20,192 nucleotides of DNA from a virus (Duplodnaviria > Heunggongvirae > Uroviricota > Caudoviricetes), in the IMG/VR virus record IMGVR_UViG_2537561937_000013, positions 1 through 20,192 of that record, one strand, 5' to 3'. Both the position numbers and the translations under genes were made by a program. The notes under the pieces are model-generated. The model was not told where the DNA came from. It did no database searches and worked only from the letters and a program-made list of their open reading frames with translations. This document shows, piece after piece, positions 7,496-15,873 of the stretch (its first letter is position 1; each line of letters opens with the position of its first letter).

Positions 7496-8625
7496 AAATC
7501 ATTGAAGGTGCAACAAAGGCAAATGCTTCGATGGCTAGTAATTATGCTGGGTTGCTGGCAGATAAGCTCGAACAAAAAGGGGAGGTCAAGCAAGCCAGAA
7601 TGATAAGAGAAAGGTTGCTTAGAGCTCCCCAGGCGTTGGCAGGAGCTCAAAGGGCTGGAGGTGGGATATCTCTGGGCTCATTACCGGTAGATATTGATAG
7701 TCGACTCAACACTGTTGATGTCAGTTATCCTAAATTAGACAGTTCAGAGATTTTTCTGCCTGCAGCAATCAGTACCCGTGTTGAAGAGTTTATCACTAAT
7801 GTTCAACGTTATGATGAGTTTGTTAAAGCTGATGCAGCATTGCCGAGTCGTATGCTCGTGTATGGAAAGCCAGGAACAGGTAAGACTATGTTATCTAAGT
7901 ACATCGCTACCCGCTTAGATTTTCCACTTCTTACAGTGCGTTGCGATACTTTGATTAGTAGTTTATTGGGACAAACCAGCAAAAATCTTAGACAGGTTTT
8001 CGATTATGTAATGCAGAGGCCATCAGTGCTTTTTTTAGACGAATTTGATGCTTTAGCTGGAGCAAGAGGTAATGAGAGAGATATAGGTGAGCTTCAGCGA
8101 GTTGTCATTTCACTATTGCAGAATATGGATGCGGCATCAGAGGATACGGTAATTATTGCCTCAACTAACCATGAGCAACTTCTGGATCCTGCAATCTGGA
8201 GGCGATTTAGCTTCAGAATTCCAATGCCTCTGCCTGACATACATCAGAGAGAGTTAATTTGGAAAAATCGTTTAAAGAATATGATATGTAGCGATCTAGA
8301 TTTAAGTGATTTATCAAGAAAATCGGAGGGATTATCCGGAGCAATAATTGAACAGGTGAGCTTGGATGCACGTAGGGATGCAGTTATTGAAGGTGCAAGT
8401 GTGATAAATCACCATAAATTGTATAGGCGTTTGTATCTTGCGCAATCGCTTATGGAAGGTGTAAATTTAAGCACTTACGAAGATGAAATTCGTTGGTTAC
8501 GTTCTAAAGATAAAAAATTATTTTCTATCAGAGTTCTTGCTAATTTGTACAAACTTACATCAAGAGTAATTTCAAACATTCTGAAGGAGTCAGGAGCATA
8601 TGAGCAGAAGGGGTACACAGTTTAG
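7471..8625 (+). CDS. AAA+ ATPase (classic AAA clade), upstream partner of the S8 protease; IetA-like architecture
   Basis: 384 aa. GGGAG RBS. Walker A GKPGTGKT (K138, nt 7864-7887), Walker B LFLDEFD, sensor-1-like IIASTN, Arg-finger-like AIWRRF. AT-rich codon usage distinct from flanking phage genes. Confidence 0.9.
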   Translation: MDYLSEVLKIIEGATKANASMASNYAGLLADKLEQKGEVKQARMIRERLLRAPQALAGAQRAGGGISLGSLPVDIDSRLNTVDVSYPKLDSSEIFLPAAISTRVEEFITNVQRYDEFVKADAALPSRMLVYGKPGTGKTMLSKYIATRLDFPLLTVRCDTLISSLLGQTSKNLRQVFDYVMQRPSVLFLDEFDALAGARGNERDIGELQRVVISLLQNMDAASEDTVIIASTNHEQLLDPAIWRRFSFRIPMPLPDIHQRELIWKNRLKNMICSDLDLSDLSRKSEGLSGAIIEQVSLDARRDAVIEGASVINHHKLYRRLYLAQSLMEGVNLSTYEDEIRWLRSKDKKLFSIRVLANLYKLTSRVISNILKESGAYEQKGYTV

Positions 8626-10864
8626 TAACGCAAAAGTTACAAACCCAATGTTAAGAATCCCTTTTTCCAGTAGTGACTTGGGTGCAATAGTAAACGCTGG
8701 CGGTGGGGCAAAGGTATTGGTTGATGTAACAGCCGAATATAGACAAGGGCTAGTAAGAAATTTAACAACCAGTAAACATTATTTAGAATCCAAACTTTCA
8801 GAGTACCCTGGAAGCTTGGGTACTTTGGTTTTCAAATTAAGAGACCAGGGAATAGCCAAAACGCATAGGCCGAACAAAATTGCTCAAGAGGCTGGATTGC
8901 AAAATGCCGGTCATGCCAAAATAGATGAAATGTTGGTTGCTGCTCATGCCGGCTGTTTTGACGTATTAGAGTCAGTCATTTTACATCGGAATATTAAAGC
9001 GATTTTGGCTAATCTAAGCGCGATTGAGCGCATTGAACCTTGGGATGAGAATAGGAAGGTTCCAGGAGGCACTGATGGTTTGTTTGAATCATCAAACATC
9101 CTTGTACGACTATTTGAGTACACAGGTGAAGATGCAACTTACAACAACTATGAAAACGTTATTTCTATATTAGAACAACACGGAGTTAAATATGATGAGA
9201 TTAGACCAAAATGTGGTCTTCCCTTATTAAGGATAATGGATTTATCCCCAAATGATAGATATATATTAGACATTCTCATTGATTACCCGGGTATAAGAAC
9301 GTTAATTCCAGAACCAAAATATTCAGCATTCCCGGTTAGTGTAAGTGATTCTGTTGGCATTGAAACAAATAGCTTTCCCGTACCATCAGAAGAATTACCC
9401 ATTGTTGCTGTATTTGACACTGGGGTAAGCCCCATCGCGGCAACAATTACTCCTTGGGTAGTGAGTAGGGAAACATACGTAATTCCTCCTGATACGAGTT
9501 ATGAACATGGGACTATGGTGTCTTCATTGATATCAGGCGCTCATTTTTTAAATGACAATCATCCATGGATTCCTGATACAAAATCTAAAATCCATGATGT
9601 TTGTGCTTTAGATGAAAATGGATCTTATATATCAGATTTAATTCTGAGGCTAGCAGATGCTGTAAATAAAAGACCAGATATAAAAGTCTGGAATTTGTCT
9701 TTGGGAGGCGGACCATGTAATGAGCAGATGTTTAGTGATTTTGCGATGGAGTTAGATCGGCTCAGCGATAAATTTGGTATTTTGTTTGTAGTTGCTGCAG
9801 GTAATTATGTAGATGAACCTATACGTACATGGCCAAATCCTGATCCGCTTGGAGGTGCTGATTTAATTTCCTCTCCTGGAGAGTCAGTCCGAGCACTAAC
9901 AGTTGGTTCAGTTTCTCATATGGAAGCTAATGATGCTTTAAGTGAAATTGGAACACCGACACCATATACTCGTCGTGGCCCTGGGCCTGTATTTACTCCA
10001 AAGCCAGATATAATCCATGCTGGCGGTGGGGTTCATAGACCTTGGAATGTAGGAGCAAGCAGTTTAAAGGTCGTAGGGCCAGATAATAGGCTTTGCTCTA
10101 ATTTTGGTACTAGTTTTGCTGCTCCAATTGTGGCAAGTTTAGCTGCGCATACATGGCAGAGAATAGCCACTAATTCAGACTTTAATGTTTCACCATCATT
10201 GATTAAAGCATTATTAATTCATTCCGCTCAATTATCTTCTCCTGATTACTCGCCAAGTGAAAGACGCTATTTGGGAGCGGGAATTCCTAATGAGGTTATT
10301 GAGACCTTATATGATAGTGATGATAGGTTTACTCTGATTTTCCAAACATTCTTGGTTCCTGGGGTGAGGTGGAGAAAGGAAAACTATCCCATACCATCGG
10401 CACTTATTCAAAATGGAAAATTTAAAGGTGAGATTGTAATTACTGCTGCATATGCACCACCACTGAACTCTAATGCCGGCAGTGAATATGTTCGCGCGAA
10501 CGTAGAGCTAAGTTTTGGCTTAATTGAGAATAATACTATAAAAGGAAAAGTACCTATGGAAGGAGAAAACGGTCAATCTGGATATGAGAGAGCTCAAATT
10601 GAGCATGGTGGAAAGTGGTCACCAGTAAAAATTCATCGCAAGGCATTTAATAAAGGAATTACTTCGGGTAACTGGGCTCTTCAAGCTAAAACAACGTTGA
10701 GAGCGAATGAACCGGCCTTAATGGAGCCTTTACCTGTAACTATTGTAGTAACTTTAAAATCATTAGATGGAAACACACAAGTTTATGCTGATGGCGTAAG
10801 AGCTTTAAATGCTAATAACTGGGCTCACTATCCATTGCCTGCTCGTGTGCCAGTTTCCGTATAA
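8600..10864 (+). CDS. Subtilisin-like serine protease (peptidase S8), cytoplasmic, with extra N- and C-terminal domains; IetS-like architecture
   Basis: 754 aa. AGGAG RBS 5 nt before ATG. Start overlaps the ATPase 3' end by 26 nt. Catalytic motifs in D-H-S order: VFDTGVS (Asp273, nt 9416-9418), HGTMVSS (His303, nt 9506-9508), GTSFAAP (Ser505, nt 10112-10114). No N-terminal signal peptide. Confidence 0.9.
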   Translation: MSRRGTQFSNAKVTNPMLRIPFSSSDLGAIVNAGGGAKVLVDVTAEYRQGLVRNLTTSKHYLESKLSEYPGSLGTLVFKLRDQGIAKTHRPNKIAQEAGLQNAGHAKIDEMLVAAHAGCFDVLESVILHRNIKAILANLSAIERIEPWDENRKVPGGTDGLFESSNILVRLFEYTGEDATYNNYENVISILEQHGVKYDEIRPKCGLPLLRIMDLSPNDRYILDILIDYPGIRTLIPEPKYSAFPVSVSDSVGIETNSFPVPSEELPIVAVFDTGVSPIAATITPWVVSRETYVIPPDTSYEHGTMVSSLISGAHFLNDNHPWIPDTKSKIHDVCALDENGSYISDLILRLADAVNKRPDIKVWNLSLGGGPCNEQMFSDFAMELDRLSDKFGILFVVAAGNYVDEPIRTWPNPDPLGGADLISSPGESVRALTVGSVSHMEANDALSEIGTPTPYTRRGPGPVFTPKPDIIHAGGGVHRPWNVGASSLKVVGPDNRLCSNFGTSFAAPIVASLAAHTWQRIATNSDFNVSPSLIKALLIHSAQLSSPDYSPSERRYLGAGIPNEVIETLYDSDDRFTLIFQTFLVPGVRWRKENYPIPSALIQNGKFKGEIVITAAYAPPLNSNAGSEYVRANVELSFGLIENNTIKGKVPMEGENGQSGYERAQIEHGGKWSPVKIHRKAFNKGITSGNWALQAKTTLRANEPALMEPLPVTIVVTLKSLDGNTQVYADGVRALNANNWAHYPLPARVPVSV

Positions 10865-10877
10865 CAACTATATAAAT

Positions 10878-10908
10878 CAAACCCGCTGTAGCGGGTTTGA
10901 TTTATTTG
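10878..10908 (+). terminator. Rho-independent terminator closing the ATPase-protease operon
   Basis: Stem AAACCCGC / GCGGGTTT with loop TGTA, followed by a T-rich tail (gatttatttg). Begins 14 nt after the protease stop. Confidence 0.6.
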
Positions 10909-11193
10909 TGGGTGTGTTTTATAAAAATACCGCCCATACACAACAAAATACAAAAAGTATTACAGATAAAAAAGGAGCGTAATGTGCAGATTTGTTGTTT
11001 TCCATATTTACTCACCTTAATATGATTAATCCCGATAAGATTGTTATTTCAGCGGTTTTCAAATGAAATATTATGCTAATTTGGCAGATTTGCATAACAT
11101 TAAAATTTAATTTATCTAACCGCTTTTAATAATAAGCGTTGTATTTTTATCCCAGCAATCTGTTGTTTGGTTTTTATTCCATTAAGGTGGGGC

Positions 11194-11221
11194 TTTACAC
11201 TGGAGCCAGTTTATTTATACT
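11194..11221 (+). promoter_or_regulatory. Candidate sigma70 promoter (TTTACA-16 bp-TATACT) at the right edge of the AT-rich cargo
   Basis: -35 TTTACA at 11194-11199 and -10 TATACT at 11216-11221, reading into the downstream nin-like genes. Prediction by eye only. Confidence 0.3.
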
Positions 11222-11272
11222 TCATACGTCAGCCTGAACAACTGGCACCTGCTGCGCCAGCAGAGAAAACAG

Positions 11273-11551
11273 ATGGCGCACGATACCAAATTTTACAATT
11301 CGGATAACTCTGCCGCCCCTGCCAGCAGGCACGGGCGGCGTTCTCATGCATTCAAATCTGACTGGTATCAGCACGACCCCTGCACCGAAGAACAGGCTGA
11401 ATGGCTCATTCAGTGTTACCGCGGGCGCGGATGCGAGGTTAAAAAAGCCCTTAGCCTCGACTACCGTCACTGGATAATCTCCGTCAGGCTCCCTTACTCA
11501 GAACGGCCAGCGCGTCCGTCCCGCACATTCCAGCAACGGATCTGGAGGTAA
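11273..11551 (+). CDS. Hypothetical small protein (92 aa), possibly a gene remnant
   Basis: Track ORF. Weak RBS. Stop abuts the start of the DUF968-like gene. GC-rich like the phage backbone. Confidence 0.3.
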   Translation: MAHDTKFYNSDNSAAPASRHGRRSHAFKSDWYQHDPCTEEQAEWLIQCYRGRGCEVKKALSLDYRHWIISVRLPYSERPARPSRTFQQRIWR

Positions 11552-11552
11552 T

Positions 11553-12611
11553 GTGCGGGTATTACTTCGATCTGTTCTGGTACCGGAACTCGGTCTGGTT
11601 ATCGTTAAGCCAGGCCGTGAATCAATGTCAGCATTCCATAACGGCAGAATACTGGTGGAGCCGGAACCAAAAAGCATGCGTAATCTGCCGTCCGGGGTCG
11701 TTCCTGCCGCTCGCCAGCCGCTGGTGGAAGACAAAACATTGCTGCCGTTTTTCAGTAACGCACGGGTGATTCGTGCTGCTGGTGGTGCTGGTGCATTGTC
11801 TGACTGGCTGTTGCGCCATATTAAATCCTGCCAGTGGCCACACGGCGATTATCATCACAGCGAAACCGTCATTCACCGTTATGGTACCGGCGCAATGGTG
11901 TTGTGCTGGCACTGCGACAACCAGCTGCGTGACCAGACATCCGAATCACTCGGGCAACTTGCTCATCAAAACCTGTCAGCATGGATGATTGACGTCATCG
12001 GTCACGCAATAAGCGGTACGCAGGAGCGTGAATTATCTCTGGCTGAATTATCCTGGTGGGCGGTCCGCAATCAGGTGGCGGACGCGCTACCGGAAGCGGT
12101 ATTACGTCGTTCGCTGGGGTTGCGTGCGGAAAAAATTCGCTCTGTGTACAGTGAAAGCGACATCATACCGGGAGAGCAGACCGCCACCAGCATACTGAAA
12201 CAGCGCACAAAAAATCTTGCGCCGCTGCCTCACGCCCACCAGCAACAGAACCCACCACAGGAAAAGACGGTGGTCAGCATTGCCGTTGATCCCGAGTCAC
12301 CGGCTCAGTATCTCCAGCGCCAGAAATCACAACGGGAAGAGATGCCTGTATACACGCGCTGGGTAAAAACGCAGAAATGCATGACGTGTGGCAATCAGGC
12401 AGATGATCCGCATCACATCATTGGTCATGGACTGGGAGGGATGGGAACAAAGGCTGATGATTTGTTTGTTATTCCGCTGTGCCGTAAATGCCATAGCGAA
12501 CTACACGCCGGGGTAAAAGATTTTGAAGAAAAACACGGCAGCCAGCTGTTGTTGCTGATTCGTTTTTTAATGCACGCGAGAAATTCGGGTGTTCTGAAGT
12601 GGAAAGCATAA
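11553..12611 (+). CDS. DUF968-family prophage protein with C-terminal HNH-like Cys/His motif
   Basis: 352 aa from GTG 11553 (GGAGG at 11541-11545). Alternative ATG at 11625. C-terminus CMTCGNQADDPHHIIGHG...CRKCHSELHAG. Sits upstream of rusA as in Qin/DLP12-type prophages. Family name by recollection. Confidence 0.7.
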   Translation: MRVLLRSVLVPELGLVIVKPGRESMSAFHNGRILVEPEPKSMRNLPSGVVPAARQPLVEDKTLLPFFSNARVIRAAGGAGALSDWLLRHIKSCQWPHGDYHHSETVIHRYGTGAMVLCWHCDNQLRDQTSESLGQLAHQNLSAWMIDVIGHAISGTQERELSLAELSWWAVRNQVADALPEAVLRRSLGLRAEKIRSVYSESDIIPGEQTATSILKQRTKNLAPLPHAHQQQNPPQEKTVVSIAVDPESPAQYLQRQKSQREEMPVYTRWVKTQKCMTCGNQADDPHHIIGHGLGGMGTKADDLFVIPLCRKCHSELHAGVKDFEEKHGSQLLLLIRFLMHARNSGVLKWKA

Positions 12612-12992
12612 ATGACTGAACGCATAGAATTTGTTTTGCCTTACCCGCCAACGGTGAACACTTACTGGCGTCGTCGTGGCAGCACATATTTTGTATCAAA
12701 AGCCGGGGAGCGTTATCGCCGGGCAGTGGCGCTTATTGTTCGCCAGCAGCGGCTGAAATTAAGCCTGTCCGGAAGGTTGGCAATAAAAATTATTGCAGAA
12801 CCACCGGATAAGCGCCGCCGTGACCTGGACAATATTCTGAAAGCGCCGCTGGATGCGCTGACGCATGCGGGGTTGCTAATGGACGATGAGCAGTTTGATG
12901 AAATCAATATCGTTCGTGGTCAGCCAGTATCTGGTGGACGTCTGGGGGTGAAGATTTACCCCATAATGCATGAAGAGCAGGTCAAAAAATGA
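12612..12992 (+). CDS. rusA: Holliday junction resolvase RusA
   Basis: 126 aa. Matches by eye the pattern of E. coli RusA (PYPPTVNTYW vs LPWPPSNNRYY; PDKRRRDLDNILKA vs PDRRRRDLDNLQKA; LDDEQFDEINIVRG; GGRLGVKIY). Confidence 0.9.
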   Translation: MTERIEFVLPYPPTVNTYWRRRGSTYFVSKAGERYRRAVALIVRQQRLKLSLSGRLAIKIIAEPPDKRRRDLDNILKAPLDALTHAGLLMDDEQFDEINIVRGQPVSGGRLGVKIYPIMHEEQVKK

Positions 12993-13810
12993 AACTGGAA
13001 GATTTACCGAAATACTACTCCCCAAAATCCCCCGGCCTGACTGATGCATCGGCCTCAACGTCGAAAGATGCGCTGAGTATCACTGATGTGATGGCCGCGC
13101 AGGGCATGACACAGAATCGGGCTGAGATGGGGTTTTCTGCGTTCCTGGGGAAAATGGGCATCAGTATGAATGACAGGGCGCGGGCAACAGAATTACTGGC
13201 AGATTATGCACTCAGTCGGTGCGATCGTGTGGCGGCGTTGAGAAAACTTCCGGCAGAAATAAAACCGGTAGTGATGCGCATTATGGCTTCGTACGCTTTT
13301 GAGGATTATGCCCGCAGCGCAGCGAGTAAAAAGCAGTGCCCCTGTTGCCGAGGGGAAAAATTTATTGAAGGCGAAGTTTTTACAAACAAGGTTCAGTATC
13401 CGGATGGCAAGCCGCCAGTGTGGGCAAAGTGCACAAAAGGCGTGTATCCGTCTTACTGGGAAGAATGGAAAAAAGTCAGGGAGGTGGTAAAAGTTGCCTG
13501 TCCGGAGTGTGGCGGAAAGGGTGAGGTTTCCACCGCCTGTAAGGATTGCCGTGGGCGTGGTGTCGCCATTCATCGTGAAGAGTCGGTAAAACGTGGTATG
13601 CCTGTTATCAGAGATTGCCAGCGTTGTGGTGGTCGTGGCTGTGAAAGGCTGCCATCAACGGAGGCATTTAATGCCATATGCAAAGTGACGAGTGCTATCA
13701 CGCTTGATACGTGGAAAAAATCAGTGAAACGCTTTTACGATACGTTGGTGGTTCGGTTTGACATTGAAGAGGCATGGGCGGAGCGGCAGTTAAAGAGGGT
13801 AACGCGATAG
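12989..13810 (+). CDS. Putative late antiterminator Q (QuuQ-like) with four CxxCxGxG zinc-finger repeats
   Basis: 273 aa. ATGA overlap with rusA. Repeats CPCCRGEK, CPECGGKG, CKDCRGRG, CQRCGGRG. Position immediately upstream of a promoter plus terminator and the late region. Family assignment is positional and by recollection. Confidence 0.55.
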   Translation: MKLEDLPKYYSPKSPGLTDASASTSKDALSITDVMAAQGMTQNRAEMGFSAFLGKMGISMNDRARATELLADYALSRCDRVAALRKLPAEIKPVVMRIMASYAFEDYARSAASKKQCPCCRGEKFIEGEVFTNKVQYPDGKPPVWAKCTKGVYPSYWEEWKKVREVVKVACPECGGKGEVSTACKDCRGRGVAIHREESVKRGMPVIRDCQRCGGRGCERLPSTEAFNAICKVTSAITLDTWKKSVKRFYDTLVVRFDIEEAWAERQLKRVTR

Positions 13811-13812
13811 TG

Positions 13813-13843
13813 TTGTTGATTTTTCCCGAATCTGTGGTAAATT
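13813..13843 (+). promoter_or_regulatory. Candidate late promoter pR' (TTGATT-16 bp-TAAATT)
   Basis: -35-like at 13816-13821 and -10-like at 13838-13843, just after the Q-like stop and before the terminator at 13891. Confidence 0.35.
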
Positions 13844-13890
13844 TGCTCTAACGATGGGCGTTTTATGCCTGACGTTAGAAGATTTTTTAC

Positions 13891-13916
13891 ACCCCGCCGC
13901 CTGGCGGGTTTTTTAT
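13891..13916 (+). terminator. Rho-independent terminator (tR'-like) downstream of the late promoter
   Basis: Stem CCCGCC / GGCGGG with loop GCCT, followed by TTTTTTAT. Confidence 0.6.
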
Positions 13917-14046
13917 GACTGAAATCGCGTCAGTACAGTAAACGCGCTGGTGGCGGTGAATACCTGTCTTTCAGCTTGCTGGCTTTTTCGACAAGAGTTA
14001 TTGGTGTGTCACGTTAACCGGAAAAGGGAAAAAGACATGCTAAAAC

Positions 14047-14234
14047 AGCAGGATATGACAGAAACCGCCAGAGTGGTGTTTAATGAATTAAGCGTTACCG
14101 AACCGGCGACAGTCGGGGAGATAGCGCAGAATACTTACCTTTCACGCGAACGCTGCCAGTTAATACTGACCCAGCTGGTTATGGCGGGTCTGGCAGACTA
14201 TCAGTTCGGTTGTTACAGACGCCTTCCGCAGTGA
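14047..14234 (+). CDS. Small hypothetical protein (62 aa), possible winged-helix DNA binder
   Basis: ATG at 14047 with a GGGA-type RBS (track ORF starts at 13950). Segment TVGEIAQNTYLSRERCQLILTQLVMAGLADY looks HTH-like. The stop lies inside a terminator hairpin. Confidence 0.4.
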
Positions 14235-14249
14235 AGGCTTTTTTATTTG
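14221..14249 (+). terminator. Rho-independent terminator
   Basis: Stem GCCTTC / GAAGGC with loop CGCAGT, followed by TTTTTTATTTG. Confidence 0.5.
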
Positions 14250-14384
14250 TGGTAAATGGGCGGCTGGTGGGTGTTAGGGGCACCCACCAGCCATCTGCTC
14301 ATGCGTTGGGTTCACAAGCAAACCTCAGGCCCACTGCTTTGCGCAAAAGCAGAATGAGCCTATCAGAGACAGGCTTAATGATCC

Positions 14385-15434
14385 ATGCTTGATACTGTAA
14401 AAATATCCAGTTGTGAGTTAATCAACGCCGACTGCCTGGAATTTATCCGGTCGTTACCCGAAAATTCTGTTGACCTGATAGTCACGGACCCGCCGTACTT
14501 TAAAGTGAAGCCTGAGGGCTGGGATAACCAGTGGAAGGGCGACGATGATTACCTGAAGTGGCTGGACCAGTGTCTGGCGCAGTTCTGGCGGGTGCTGAAA
14601 CCTGTCGGAAGTCTTTACCTGTTCTGTGGTCATCGCCTGGCATCTGATATCGAAATCATGATGCGTGAACGCTTCAGTGTGCTGAACCATATTATCTGGG
14701 CGAAGCCGTCCGGACGCTGGAACGGATGCAACAAGGAAAGCCTGCGGGCGTATTTCCCCGCCACAGAGCGCATTCTGTTCGCGGAACATTATCAGGGGCC
14801 GTATCGTCCGAAAGATGCCGGGTATGCGGCGAAGGGCAGTGCACTGAAACAGCATGTGATGGCCCCGCTGATTTCTTACTTTCGTGATGCGCGCGCGGCC
14901 CTGGGGATAACGGCAAAACAGATTGCAGATGCCACAGGAAAGAAAAACATGGTGTCGCACTGGTTCAGTGCCAGTCAGTGGCAGCTACCGAACGAAAGCG
15001 ATTATCTGAAATTACAGTCGCTGTTTGCCCGGGTGGCAGAAGAGAAACATCAGCGCGGTGAACTGGAAAAGCCCCACCACCAGCTGGTGGATACGTATAC
15101 GTCACTGAACCGGCAGTATGTGGAGCTGCAGAGTGAATATAAGCATCTGCGGCGGTATTTTGGTGTGACGGCGCAGGTGCCGTACACGGATGTGTGGACA
15201 CATAAACCGGTGCAGTTCTATCCCGGGAAACATCCGTGCGAAAAACCGGCAGAAATGCTGCAGCAGATAATCAGCGCAAGCAGTCGTCCGGGTGACCTGG
15301 TTGCAGATTTTTTTATGGGCTCAGGTTCAACGGTAAAAGCTGCACTGGCGCTCGGGCGTCGTGCGATTGGCGTTGAACTGGAGACCGGACGTTTTGAGCA
15401 GACAGTCAGGGAAGTTCAGGATTTAATCGTTTGA
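14385..15434 (+). CDS. Orphan DNA methyltransferase (N6-adenine or N4-cytosine; DPPY catalytic motif before FxGxG motif I)
   Basis: 349 aa. DPPY at nt 14487-14498. C-terminal FFMGSGST (AdoMet motif I). No adjacent restriction endonuclease. Stx-type phages carry a methyltransferase at this position between Q and the tRNAs. Confidence 0.9.
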   Translation: MLDTVKISSCELINADCLEFIRSLPENSVDLIVTDPPYFKVKPEGWDNQWKGDDDYLKWLDQCLAQFWRVLKPVGSLYLFCGHRLASDIEIMMRERFSVLNHIIWAKPSGRWNGCNKESLRAYFPATERILFAEHYQGPYRPKDAGYAAKGSALKQHVMAPLISYFRDARAALGITAKQIADATGKKNMVSHWFSASQWQLPNESDYLKLQSLFARVAEEKHQRGELEKPHHQLVDTYTSLNRQYVELQSEYKHLRRYFGVTAQVPYTDVWTHKPVQFYPGKHPCEKPAEMLQQIISASSRPGDLVADFFMGSGSTVKAALALGRRAIGVELETGRFEQTVREVQDLIV

Positions 15435-15483
15435 AACGGATGAGATTGCAGAATTAATTACGCACCATTATTATTCTGCTTCC

Positions 15484-15559
15484 GGCCCTTTAGCTCAGTG
15501 GTGAGAGCGAGCGACTCATAATCGCCAGGTCGCTGGTTCAAATCCAGCAAGGGCCACCA
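15484..15559 (+). tRNA. tRNA with CAU anticodon (ileZ-like tRNA-Ile2 reading AUA, or tRNA-Met)
   Basis: 76 nt. Acceptor stem GGCCCTT / AAGGGCC, D-arm AGCTCAGTGG, anticodon loop CTCATAA, T-arm GGTTCAAATCC, 3' CCA encoded. Close to E. coli ileX/ileY by eye. Confidence 0.85.
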
Positions 15560-15659
15560 TCACAAACCGCCATTAGCTTATCAGGAAGAGCAGACGACAC
15601 GATAACAGGGTTGTTGGTGCGGGGGCGGGTCCCCGATGGCGGTCCATTATCGGTATTCA

Positions 15660-15736
15660 GCGTTGTTAGCTCAGCCGGACAGAGCAATTGCCTTCTAAGC
15701 AATCGGTCACTGGTTCGAATCCAGTACAGCGCGCCA
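15660..15736 (+). tRNA. tRNA-Arg (UCU anticodon, argN-like, reads AGA)
   Basis: 77 nt. Acceptor GCGTTGT / ACAGCGC (one G-U pair), anticodon loop CTTCTAA, T-arm GGTTCGAATCC, 3' CCA encoded. Confidence 0.85.
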
Positions 15737-15873
15737 TATTCATTCTTCCAGATTCCTTTCGGCAGAGCCTTATACTGAAATATACCTGGCTCAGGATATT
15801 GTTGAAAATATTATATGTTTGTCAAAAATAAAAGTTCTGTTAAGTGTTGATTGAGTGTTTGTTATACGGTCTA

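Noticed and set aside
10982-11020. 12-codon ORF (MCRFVVFHIYSP) with perfect AGGAG RBS
   Set aside because: Too short to call as a gene without conservation evidence; noted only within the AT-rich tail finding.
11222-11912. Minus-strand ORFs 11222..11470, 11498..11734, 11628..11912 and plus-strand ORFs 11551..11769, 11773..11988
   Set aside because: All overlap the plus-strand DUF968-like gene or its upstream ORF in antisense or alternate frames; no independent support.
14454-15201. Minus-strand ORFs inside the methyltransferase gene
   Set aside because: Antisense to a CDS with clear DPPY and FxGxG motifs.
15560-15659. Possible third tRNA (argO-like) in the spacer between the two tRNAs
   Set aside because: I could not build an acceptor stem or cloverleaf from the sequence; likely spacer or a degraded remnant.
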